Sequence record: LR745208.1 | Length of the DNA stretch: 64,000 nt | Reading direction: 5' to 3' (one strand) | Shown here: positions 55,805-64,000 of the stretch, one piece after another | Numbering within the stretch: the first letter of the stretch is position 1 | Layout of the letters: every line of letters starts with the position of its first letter | Made by a program: the position numbers and the translations under genes | Notes under the pieces: generated by a model | Told to the model about the DNA's origin: nothing | Database searches by the model: none | The model's input: only the letters and a program-made list of their open reading frames with translations

Positions 55805-56709
55805 GGGGCACTCAATGCCTTGAAGATCAGGTCAAGGTACTCAACGGTCTTGGCAGGCGTCCAGGCATGAATGAGGACATTCGTGACCAGGGTACTGTCG
55901 GCGTCAAAAGTCACCCCATCTGCCTTGGCAAGTTCCGCCAGAGCCCCCACGTCAAAAGGGGTGCCCCGGGTGGCTTGAATGGAGATCACGCGTTTGCGGG
56001 GCCCCATGGTGATTTGTGCCCCACGCATTGGGAAGGTGTACCACGGTTCTAGGTTGAACTCGTCCTTGTAGTATTGGTTTGGGATCTCCTGGGGCCGGAT
56101 ACAGACATCATTGGAGGACAGTTCCTCGAAGATGCCCAGGAACTCTGCATCGTGACGCACACGAATTGGGTCCGGAGGGATGGGCAGGTGTTTGGTGTCG
56201 GAGGGAACCACCCGCTCCCATCCCGTAGGTTGCCACATGTAGGCAAACATGTTTGGGGGCATCTGGGGGGGCACAGGGAGGCGGTCAAACCCTTTCGGGT
56301 ACTTGTATTTCTTGCTGCGACGAAACTCATTCAGAAGGTCGCTCCATTTCCCATAGACTTCCTTGGGGATGTCTTTGGCGTCAACTGGCAGGCCCAGTTG
56401 GGCATTGACATCGTGGTAATTGGCAAGACTCAGAGGCGCACGCGCAGCTTCTACCCGAGCATGCCAGTCACGCCACACGGAGAGAAGCACTCGGTTGATG
56501 TACTGAATGTGGGGGTCAGAGGCGAGACCCTCATCGTCTACTGAGGAGTTGGTCTGGACATGAAAAAGGCCACAGCCATTCATGTACAACTCAATTGCAC
56601 ACCGCTGGCATCGGTTGCAGCGATAGTTGGTCTGGCTCATCCCACCAAACGACCCCCCACGCTCTTGCCAGTCCTGGCTGCCACACCAGCAATCCGGTAG
56701 GTTCTTCAC
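55801..56709 (-). CDS. hypothetical protein
   Basis: 302 aa ORF. Confidence 0.75.
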   Translation of the reverse strand: MKNLPDCWCGSQDWQERGGSFGGMSQTNYRCNRCQRCAIELYMNGCGLFHVQTNSSVDDEGLASDPHIQYINRVLLSVWRDWHARVEAARAPLSLANYHDVNAQLGLPVDAKDIPKEVYGKWSDLLNEFRRSKKYKYPKGFDRLPVPPQMPPNMFAYMWQPTGWERVVPSDTKHLPIPPDPIRVRHDAEFLGIFEELSSNDVCIRPQEIPNQYYKDEFNLEPWYTFPMRGAQITMGPRKRVISIQATRGTPFDVGALAELAKADGVTFDADSTLVTNVLIHAWTPAKTVEYLDLIFKALSAP

Positions 56710-56715
56710 TACATC

Positions 56716-57072
56716 TTACCTTTTCGATAAACGCCCATTCCCGTTCCCGCCTTGGACTCCTCTTTGGTCCGGTCCGTACCGTTCGACCCTCAAGACTATG
56801 CGATGGGGCAAGGTCCACAGGATAAACCCTACAGTCCATATCGAAAGGGACGCTGGCCAGAGTACGGAACCGAAGATGATGTATGCGGCATGCCAGTCAC
56901 AGGGACTCATTTTGGGATAGTCCTTGTGGTCATGCTCAGAACGCCACGTGCCAGGACTCTGATTACTGTAGGCGGAGGAGGGGTCGAATCGCTCAAACAG
57001 CCTGGATGCAAAGTGTGCAAACAGCACATAGAGGAAGATCAGCCCAACAATGCAACCAAAAGTTCCCATCAC
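56716..57072 (-). CDS. membrane protein
   Basis: two TM segments. Confidence 0.65.
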   Translation of the reverse strand: MMGTFGCIVGLIFLYVLFAHFASRLFERFDPSSAYSNQSPGTWRSEHDHKDYPKMSPCDWHAAYIIFGSVLWPASLSIWTVGFILWTLPHRIVLRVERYGPDQRGVQGGNGNGRLSKR

Positions 57073-57138
57073 ACACCCTCCCGTAGGCGTTCACACTCTT
57101 CCAGCCCATACCCGCATGTTTGCAGTTCTGGCAGCCCA

Positions 57139-57576
57139 TCAGGTCCTCGGCTTCGGCCGGATCACTTCCAGCATCGCATTGAGACGGTACACCCCATGGG
57201 ACCCGATCTTGGGGGTCACGTCCATCCCATCCAGGAAATTGTCCACCAGCTCACTGGCATTGGTGTACCCCATCGAATTGGCCAGCAGAAACAGGATCAA
57301 CCGGACCGTGTCCTCACTCAGCACATTGTTGGCCATGCACTCCCGCAGGTGATTGTTGTCATCCTGGATGGCCCTCAGTTCCCTGGTAGCCCTCAGGAGG
57401 GCTCGGCCATCAACGTCATGGGCGTCCCGCTCGTGGGTGTACTGGTCACGAAGCTCACGGAGTTGCCTCTTCAACTCGGTCTCAGCTTGTGTGTCCCGCA
57501 TGGCTTCGCAGTATCCTCCTGGTTCACAATCTGAACAGGGGCCTCCGTGGATATTGTGACAATTCATGCAACTCAT
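57139..57576 (-). CDS. hypothetical protein, coiled coil
   Basis: ATGA overlap. Confidence 0.7.
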   Translation of the reverse strand: MSCMNCHNIHGGPCSDCEPGGYCEAMRDTQAETELKRQLRELRDQYTHERDAHDVDGRALLRATRELRAIQDDNNHLRECMANNVLSEDTVRLILFLLANSMGYTNASELVDNFLDGMDVTPKIGSHGVYRLNAMLEVIRPKPRT

Positions 57577-58202
57577 GTGGTTTTTGCATCCTTCCAGTCG
57601 TCAACAAAACGATAGCTGGTATCCTCCCCCCATAGGTATAAGGAGCATCGCTTCAGGGGGGATCCCGGTACCTGGGGTGTGCGGCCAAGGTCCAGTCCCA
57701 CCATGATGAATTCGGACGCTCTTTCCAAACCCACCCACCGAGAGATGTAGCTGCGCAGAAAAGCCTCCTGAAGCTCGAACCAGAAGGGACGCTTTCGAGA
57801 AAGCAGCGCGTCCAGTCGGGGAAGCATGGCCTTTGGCACCTTGGGGAGGTAGTCCTCGGTGAGGATGAGGATCAGGTCATCCCCTTCCAACCCAAAGTTG
57901 GCGAAGTATGTCTGTCCCGTGTCCGTGTTGATGGCCAGGGTGTAGCTGAATTGCTTGACCCTACCACCCCAGATAGCTCCCGCGAACTTGTCGGGCAGCC
58001 TCTCGTTGCCATAGTTGTCCAGAACCAGCAGGTTGATGGGGTTGGAGCCTGTACCATGTACTTTGAAGTTCCCAAGGTGGTCCCCGTCCGGCACCATGGT
58101 ACAGGCAGTCTGAGGGATCCAGTCGAAGGTGTTGTAGACCCTGCGCAAGATTCGGCCTTCGGCCTTGTGGGGGGAGATTATCGTGTGGGTGGTTATGGAC
58201 AT
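57573..58202 (-). CDS. hypothetical protein
   Basis: 209 aa ORF with RBS. Confidence 0.75.
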   Translation of the reverse strand: MSITTHTIISPHKAEGRILRRVYNTFDWIPQTACTMVPDGDHLGNFKVHGTGSNPINLLVLDNYGNERLPDKFAGAIWGGRVKQFSYTLAINTDTGQTYFANFGLEGDDLILILTEDYLPKVPKAMLPRLDALLSRKRPFWFELQEAFLRSYISRWVGLERASEFIMVGLDLGRTPQVPGSPLKRCSLYLWGEDTSYRFVDDWKDAKTT

Positions 58203-58254
58203 GTTGTTTCTCTTACACCTTCAAGGGGTGGTACATGCTTCAATCCTCTCATTT

Positions 58255-58362
58255 TGGCAACTTGCCTGGGATTTGAACCCAGATCCCGGCAAGAGTTGGG
58301 GGTGGGGTCTAGAACACCTTCCAACTCTCACCATGTGCTAACCAGTCTTGCACCAACAAGTT
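58255..58362 (-). tRNA. 108 nt tRNA with 47 nt anticodon arm and encoded CCA
   Basis: AACTTGT/GCAAGTT-G-CCA, D stem GTGC/GCAC, T arm CTGGG-TTCAAAT-CCCAG. Confidence 0.75.
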
Positions 58363-58364
58363 CA

Positions 58365-59210
58365 GGCCCCTACCCGGTTCTGCCCCGGGCCTCCCACCAT
58401 TCTGGGTAATGCGACTACACACCGTTAGGCCGTACTGGGTGGCGTGGGACATAACCACTAACGCTAGCCACCATCACGATTGAGGCAGTTTGTGGACCCC
58501 GCCGGGGTATTCCCTGACACAGACCACACTCTGCCCAAACATTAACCCCGTGCAGCAATTTCCACGGGACGGGTCCAACTGCGCCTTTTGGGTGACCTTT
58601 CGCTAGCAGGTGTCTCATTGTCCACGGGAGGCCCCGCTTCATCCGTTTGAGACTCGACCCAGTCAGTGGAATGCCTCCCACGTCTACCCAGGCCACCGCT
58701 AACTCCATCCTGTGCTGCCCTCAGACTGCCCCAAGAATCTTCACTGGGACCTTGGACCAACTGTAACGACAACACAAGGCATCATTGCGGAAGTACGCGC
58801 ACTCTATTCCGCTTCCCTCTCTCCCTGCGCGCTATGCCAGGAACTAAACCCTGGCTACCTGGAGAGGAATAAGCTGTTGGTGGGTTGATCCAGGCCAATA
58901 CTGGGGCCCGGACATTTCACTTGGGGGGGCGCCCACCGGCATCCTCCTTGCGCTACATCTTTCAGCGACCGGGCGGTTGTCTCGCATACCTGCCCAGTTA
59001 TCGCTTCTGGTTCGCCATTGGAACTGCTTACCCTCCGACATCAATCTAACTTCATCGATCAATCCGACTCAATCCACACATGGGGTGCCCCGTAGGGCGT
59101 AAGTTGGGTGGGATCTAACTCGGCGGGGCTCTTGCGTTTTTCATCATTGTAGGGTTCCTCTGCGTACGTTTACTGGTGCCTTGTTGGCTGGGACTCTTCT
59201 CTGTTCCTTA
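58365..59210 (-). ncRNA. candidate large structured ncRNA (~850 nt)
   Basis: own promoter, no convincing ORF, multiple hairpins, tRNA immediately 3'. Confidence 0.65.
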
Positions 59211-59252
59211 CACACCCTATCGGCACAAGAAGACCAATTTTTAGCAAATTCG
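59205..59252 (-). promoter_or_regulatory. sigma28-type promoter driving the large ncRNA/tRNA
   Basis: CGAATTTGCTAAA-N15-GCCGATAG. Confidence 0.8.
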
Positions 59253-59259
59253 TATGACC

Positions 59260-59874
59260 CTACGTGACCACATCTTCGTCTGGCTCGGCCAGTATGTACT
59301 GGTCCTCTGGAAAGCAGACGTCCACCCGGTAGGCGGACTCCTCATCATCTGACTCGTCCTGATCCTTTTTGATCACCACCAGGACTTTTTCGGATGCCGG
59401 GCACGGAAGGGACCCCACGAACATGTGGCGGCCCCCCAGGACTCCAACCACCACGTCCCCGGCATTGAGGTCCTTGGCCAATACCTTGATGGCATCCGGC
59501 CCCACCCGCTTGATCCCCAGGGGCTCCGCGATGGCGTTCAGGGCACCTGCCCGTTCAGACGGGGGGTCCACCGGGGCGTCTACCCCAATGGCTTTGCGGA
59601 GCTTCCCAATTTGGGACTCCAAATCCCCAATGTCCTTCTGGATTGCCTGGACCAAAGTCCCATAGAGAAGGTTGAGGGCAGCCTCCCCAGTTTTGACAGG
59701 CTGTCCTGACGAGAGGGGGATGCCTCGGTGCCTGATGACAGGGGACCCAACATTTGCAAAAACACCCCCGTCAGCCTTGTTGTCGCTGATCTCAATTCGG
59801 GTATCATGCCCCAAGAATCGCATGAGAAGGAAACACTCGCCTGTTGTCCGTTGCCTATTCATTGTCTGCTCCAC
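59260..59874 (-). CDS. hypothetical protein with shared CF.LMR.LG domain
   Basis: paralogous module. Confidence 0.75.
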   Translation of the reverse strand: MEQTMNRQRTTGECFLLMRFLGHDTRIEISDNKADGGVFANVGSPVIRHRGIPLSSGQPVKTGEAALNLLYGTLVQAIQKDIGDLESQIGKLRKAIGVDAPVDPPSERAGALNAIAEPLGIKRVGPDAIKVLAKDLNAGDVVVGVLGGRHMFVGSLPCPASEKVLVVIKKDQDESDDEESAYRVDVCFPEDQYILAEPDEDVVT

Positions 59875-60892
59875 ACGTCGTTCGTCTCAGGTCCCCATGT
59901 GGAAGCGCCACAGGTTCGGGCTGTGAGGGGAAAAGTACTAAGCAAGTAGTGGGGCCAACGTCCACCACTTCGCCCTTTTCGGTGGTGCTCACCCAACCCC
60001 TGTCTGCACGAACTATGTCGCCCTTTTTGATTGACCCGCGGCCCCAGGGACCACGGGCCAACTCCTCTTCCTCCACATGGTCCAGGTGCTCGGTCATGTA
60101 GTATCCTGTATACGCGCTGGTACCGGTACCCCTACTACTGGAGAATCCCACGCAAACCTCGTGGGGTCCGCAAGGACCAATCACGGTTCCAGTCTCATCA
60201 ATGTGTTGGTACCGGCCCCGTGCCACTTTGACCCGGTCCCCAATCTTGAATCCAGTCAGGCTCCCTGGTTCCGGGGTCCTCTCACAGGCAGCCACACAGG
60301 CAGAGGCAGGATCAAGGTCACCAGCGATGTACCATCCTGCCTTGGCACCCCCATCGAAGCTCACCATAAATTCGAGTTCCTCATATGCGTTTGGGGTAGT
60401 GCTTGTCACGGTCCCCGTAAGACCTATGAACCGGTGCTCCAAGTTGGTACCCCTGGTCTTGCGGGCAAGGCGAACCCGGTCCCCCACTTTGTAGGCTGGG
60501 GTTCGGATAGAGCAGGTACACTCATCGCCAGCCCCAGCCGCACAACCAGGACAGGTACCCCCACCATGGGGTCCCGCAGCACCAGTTGGGGCTGTGATTG
60601 ATCTCAGCTTGGCGATTTGGGTCTCCAAGGTCTTGACCTTGGCATCCACCCGCTTGGTCAGGAGCCGGACCAGCTCCTCAAGTGAGGCTTCCGGGGTGGG
60701 ATGTTTCTTGGACGTCATGTCCCCGGCTGACACCCAATAGGTAGAGGTGCCATCGGCGAGTAGCATCTCCTTCTTGAGGATGCCTCCCGTGAATCCCATT
60801 CCCTCGATGAGGGCAAAACATGTTTTCTCAAGCGTTTTCATCACTTGCACTCGAATCTTTCTGGGAAAAGTGCTGCCACCTTTGCTGTCCAC
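59855..60892 (-). CDS. mosaic protein: shared domain plus three SH3/KOW-like repeats (start possibly 60841)
   Basis: KVGDRVR, KIGDRVK, KKGDIVR. Confidence 0.75.
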   Translation of the reverse strand: MDSKGGSTFPRKIRVQVMKTLEKTCFALIEGMGFTGGILKKEMLLADGTSTYWVSAGDMTSKKHPTPEASLEELVRLLTKRVDAKVKTLETQIAKLRSITAPTGAAGPHGGGTCPGCAAGAGDECTCSIRTPAYKVGDRVRLARKTRGTNLEHRFIGLTGTVTSTTPNAYEELEFMVSFDGGAKAGWYIAGDLDPASACVAACERTPEPGSLTGFKIGDRVKVARGRYQHIDETGTVIGPCGPHEVCVGFSSSRGTGTSAYTGYYMTEHLDHVEEEELARGPWGRGSIKKGDIVRADRGWVSTTEKGEVVDVGPTTCLVLFPSQPEPVALPHGDLRRTTCGADNE

Positions 60893-61131
60893 TCATGTCC
60901 ATGTACCTTTTGTGCCTTCCGCTCCCCGTCCTGGAGCTTCTCCAGCGCGCGCTTGAAGATCCTCCCCGCTCGTAGGGGTACGATTTTGAAGGGCTTAAAC
61001 CAGTAACTCCCCCACCCATGGGCCCTTACGTGCCCCTCGTCGCTCATTTCAGTGACCTCCCCTCCCAATACGTAGGGGTACACGTCATGTTTCCAGAAGG
61101 CGTATTGTTTCACTGACTTGGACCCTCTCAT
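60841..61131 (-). CDS. phage hypothetical protein
   Basis: YAFWKHDVYPYVLGG. Confidence 0.75.
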   Translation of the reverse strand: MRGSKSVKQYAFWKHDVYPYVLGGEVTEMSDEGHVRAHGWGSYWFKPFKIVPLRAGRIFKRALEKLQDGERKAQKVHGHEWTAKVAALFPERFECK

Positions 61132-61337
61132 GGTTCCTTCCCCTTCGGTGTCCCAGCGAGATCCTCAAGGGACTCCGCCAGCCCATCCAGGTCGTAAGAT
61201 TTCGCACAACAGGTTCCAAACTTGCCATCACAGCCCTTCGTGATCAACAGCCCCGACGCAGCATCGTAGCTCATGTCGAAGTTGGAGTGGGTCTTCCAGA
61301 AGGCCAGGAAGGCACGGATTGTTTCTTCTAGGGTCAC
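61128..61337 (-). CDS. hypothetical protein
   Basis: overlapping ORF. Confidence 0.6.
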   Translation of the reverse strand: MTLEETIRAFLAFWKTHSNFDMSYDAASGLLITKGCDGKFGTCCAKSYDLDGLAESLEDLAGTPKGKEP

Positions 61338-61762
61338 GGGCCACCAAACTTCTGAGGAACCCCGCCTCTATCGAAAGGCCAAGCCGGGCCATACTCGGAG
61401 TTGGGATTGGCTGCATCCCACGCTGCCGCACATGTCCGACAGGGACGCTCCCAGTAGCCATTTCGATCCAGGTGCCCGCATCCGAAGGTCAGGCCCTCGT
61501 GGATACCTGATGAGACGGCACAGTCGGCTTGGCCACATGGCCTGGGTGCGCAGTGCATGGGGGCCATAGCGTCATCGTCGCCCTCGCCGCGAATCGCGCT
61601 GCACTCACACTCGCCCGGTGTCGGGGCGCCACATCCATCACAGGCGCACTCGCACGGCACGCAGTCGCATCCGGTGCAGGGGGTGGCGAGCGCGGTGATG
61701 TTGTTGAGCCGGTAGGTGCGGCGGGTCTTGGGTGGGTCATTGTCAACGGTCGAGGCATCCAT
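61334..61762 (-). CDS. Cys-rich hypothetical protein
   Basis: GIHEGLTFGCG.LD.NGYW..PC. Confidence 0.7.
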   Translation of the reverse strand: MDASTVDNDPPKTRRTYRLNNITALATPCTGCDCVPCECACDGCGAPTPGECECSAIRGEGDDDAMAPMHCAPRPCGQADCAVSSGIHEGLTFGCGHLDRNGYWERPCRTCAAAWDAANPNSEYGPAWPFDRGGVPQKFGGP

Positions 61763-61802
61763 CGTGGTCTCCTGGGTGGGTGTTCCGGCCCGCAGGGCCA
61801 GT

Positions 61803-61848
61803 TCCTTACACCCTATCGGCATGGGGGCACCAATTTTTAGAGAAATCG
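61803..61848 (-). promoter_or_regulatory. sigma28-type promoter cassette
   Basis: motif copy. Confidence 0.8.
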
Positions 61849-61967
61849 ATATGGGGTCACGTATGGTCGTGCGCTTGGGCTTCTTTTAGTTCCCTGATTC
61901 TGGCCACTTCATTGGCGGCCATGGTGGGAACATCCATCCTGGCATATGAGATGAAGTTGGGATGTCG

Positions 61968-62372
61968 TCATAGTGGATCTCCCAGGACGGTTACAGTAGC
62001 CGGAAGGGTGGTGTCCCACCTGACACCGAGGATGGCTAGGTGGTGGCAGATCGTACCAGCAACCCGGCACCACACCTTGGCTTGGTTCAGGTGATTGAGG
62101 CGGGTCTCTTCCCTACGTGCGTTGACGATTGGGTCCTCATGGTGCTCCAAGTGGTCAAAGAACTCGGCATTGCTGGCGGCTTCCTTCTGCTTGTGCATTG
62201 CCTCCCGGGCCAGTGCAATCAGGAACTCCTCATGGGACAGCATTGCTGGAGCCCGTGTCAGGCGTTCCGCTGCTTGAACGATTTCCTGGTTGGGGACAAA
62301 GGGGATCTGGAGTGTCACCACTGGTTCCTTGAAGGGAGCAAATGGATCAGGCATCTTGGGCATTCCGTTCAT
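61968..62372 (-). CDS. hypothetical protein
   Basis: ORF. Confidence 0.55.
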   Translation of the reverse strand: MNGMPKMPDPFAPFKEPVVTLQIPFVPNQEIVQAAERLTRAPAMLSHEEFLIALAREAMHKQKEAASNAEFFDHLEHHEDPIVNARREETRLNHLNQAKVWCRVAGTICHHLAILGVRWDTTLPATVTVLGDPL

Positions 62373-63219
62373 TACGCAACTCCTGCAATTCCCGTTCGTA
62401 GTTGGCCAGCATTTTTTCGTACCTCTGGATCCTCAAATTGGCAATGTCCAGGTCATCATACTGCCTTGGTAGGCAATACCGACAGGCCCCACAGGGGCCG
62501 TTCCCTGCTGCCTGCTCCTCCTCACATGCTTTGCCGGACCAGACATGGATTTCGGTTCGGGCTGCCTCAAGCTCTTGCGTGAGTCGTGCGACATCTTTGC
62601 GAAGCAGGTTTCTCTCACCCCGCGCCATTGCAAGGGATCCCTCACTCGCCTCCGCACGCCACGTCATGCTCTCAAGATTTGCAAGAAGGGATGGGATTCT
62701 CGGCAGGACCAGTACTGCATAGCTGGCCTGTTCATGTCGGTCTTTGGCCTGAAGGGCGGCATTGAGATCCTTGCGGAGTTCAGTCAAGCATTGTAGCCCA
62801 CCACACCCCGGAGTCTCATCAGATGTGTGCCCACAGCCACATGGCTCCCCGCCCATCTGTTCCTCCCGGAATGCCTTGGCGGACTCAGGACTGGGCTCAG
62901 GGATAGGATGGTGAACCTTCTCGTAGGCGTCCACCACTTCAGCAAGGATCTGTAGACGCTCGAAGGCTGGCGTGCCTGGAGGGGCCTCCCAGAGGCGTTC
63001 TACCTCATGAAGCGCCGCCGCATGCTCGGTGTCATTGGTGATGCCCTCCAGTACAGGTTCCACCTTGGACTCATGGAGCCACACCGTGACTGGTCCTACA
63101 AGCTCACGCCACTCGACCTGCACCATCTCACCCCGGAGGGCGGTCACTTTGCCAGTGTAGGTGGGTCGAGGCCAATGCTCAACATGGAACCTAACTTGGT
63201 CACCTATCTTGTGGGCCAT
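62347..63219 (-). CDS. mosaic protein with HigA-antitoxin-like segment
   Basis: AAL.EVE.LW.A.PGTP..ERL..LAEVV.AYE..H.PI..P. Confidence 0.7.
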   Translation of the reverse strand: MAHKIGDQVRFHVEHWPRPTYTGKVTALRGEMVQVEWRELVGPVTVWLHESKVEPVLEGITNDTEHAAALHEVERLWEAPPGTPAFERLQILAEVVDAYEKVHHPIPEPSPESAKAFREEQMGGEPCGCGHTSDETPGCGGLQCLTELRKDLNAALQAKDRHEQASYAVLVLPRIPSLLANLESMTWRAEASEGSLAMARGERNLLRKDVARLTQELEAARTEIHVWSGKACEEEQAAGNGPCGACRYCLPRQYDDLDIANLRIQRYEKMLANYERELQELRNERNAQDA

Positions 63220-63222
63220 GCC

Positions 63223-63471
63223 TTACTTACGCCCCGACACCCCAGAGTTGGGCCACGAATGCACCAAGCAGACCTGTTCCCAGCCCTTGCTCCTTGGGGG
63301 AGGGGCGTCACATTCGATGCAGTAGGGTTTGACCCGGCGTGACTCCGGTGGCCTATTGATGACCATACGTGTGGTGTCACGCTCTTTGGTTGCGGTTAGG
63401 GCCCTAACCTCGGTGGCAGACTCCTGGAGCAAGTCATTCAGGTCGTACCAGTCCCAACGGTCTATCACCAT
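63223..63471 (-). CDS. hypothetical protein
   Basis: ORF. Confidence 0.5.
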   Translation of the reverse strand: MVIDRWDWYDLNDLLQESATEVRALTATKERDTTRMVINRPPESRRVKPYCIECDAPPPRSKGWEQVCLVHSWPNSGVSGRK

Positions 63472-64000
63472 TCACCCCGCATGTATGCCTTCAGGTTCCA
63501 TTTGGTACCAAGAATGTGATCCGTTACAACTCCGTCCTGCATCCTGACTGTCCTTCTCTTATCCGCTTTGGATCCCGCCCCAACCTGTTGCTTACGGTCG
63601 GCTGCCCGGGTTGACGTGGCCTGGGTGTTCGCAGCCTCCCAGAGGCGTGCCCGTAGTAGGGACAGGGCAGATGCCAAGTTCTGCTTCTGGCTACGCTCGG
63701 TCTGGCATCGAACCATGAGCCCTGTAGGCAAATGTCTTACTTGTACGGCGCTATCAGTAGTGTTGACTCCTTGTCCGCCACATCCGCTCGCTCTCGTAGC
63801 TGCCCATTCAATATCCTGGGGCCGAATCACGAGTTGGGTCTCGTTCGGAGGTTCAAGGGTTGCCACCGTAATTGTGCTACTGTGGATTCTCCCATTGCTG
63901 GTCCGCTGCACCCTGTGGCCACCTGCCTCATTGGCGAAGGCATCCTTGGCGCCCTTCCCTGATACCTCTATGATGCACAGCCCTGGGGATTGCTCAATGA
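63465..64000 (-). CDS. class I peptide release factor (RF1-like), 5' end outside window
   Basis: EAGGHRVQR, GRIHSS, SGCGGQGVNTTDSAV, QTERSQ, VTDH. Confidence 0.88.
   Translation of the reverse strand, partial: IEQSPGLCIIEVSGKGAKDAFANEAGGHRVQRTSNGRIHSSTITVATLEPPNETQLVIRPQDIEWAATRASGCGGQGVNTTDSAVQVRHLPTGLMVRCQTERSQKQNLASALSLLRARLWEAANTQATSTRAADRKQQVGAGSKADKRRTVRMQDGVVTDHILGTKWNLKAYMRGEW

Noticed and set aside
58280-58335. Canonical position-37/38 tRNA intron
   Set aside because: No single 30 nt excision yields a loop with U33; far too short for a group I intron.
58415-59062. Protein-coding ORFs 58415..58708, 58542..58775, 58844..59062
   Set aside because: Overlapping, no RBS-coupled starts, no recognisable motifs; region is better explained as structured RNA.
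1615-61822. Recurring peptide TLS(A/V)REG.F..KS and RADRVVR in many track ORFs
   Set aside because: These are translations of the promoter cassette in shadow ORFs, not a protein family.
1600-61848. CRISPR array or repeat-spacer locus
   Set aside because: Repeats are dispersed, on both strands, separated by whole genes, degenerate in the middle; no cas genes.

Overview
64 kb of a large (jumbo-like) bacteriophage genome, apparently an accessory/early-gene region: dense small hypothetical ORFs, nucleotide and translation helper genes, no host housekeeping operons. Genes run mostly + to about 30 kb and mostly - from about 30.9 kb. Recognisable genes: solo TnpB, two Pth2-like hydrolases, dNMP kinase, 5'-nucleotidase, DHH phosphoesterase, alpha/beta hydrolase, LemA plus TPM pair, NUDIX, ART-like, DnaJ, MazG-like, frameshifted SerRS-like core, DNA methylase, HNH nucleases and an RF1-like factor. 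Unexplained structure: (1) 31 copies of a ~45 bp cassette CGATTTCNCTAAAAA-N-RCCGATAGGGT..GAGG, whose core matches the sigma-28/FliA consensus TAAA-N15-GCCGATA and heads single small genes or RNA units; (2) a 10-copy CGATTTNNCTTGACA array at the convergent strand switch; (3) a ~100 bp MITE-like repeat that supplies the same DPQK-stop end to three unrelated genes; (4) non-canonical RNAs: a UUA-anticodon tRNA, a tRNA with a 52 nt D-loop insert, a tRNA with a 47 nt anticodon arm, T-loop mini-RNAs and a ~850 nt structured non-coding transcript; (5) a shared N-terminal leader peptide on a separate gene class. All calls are by eye; no database search or folding program was run, and element boundaries are approximate to a few nt.
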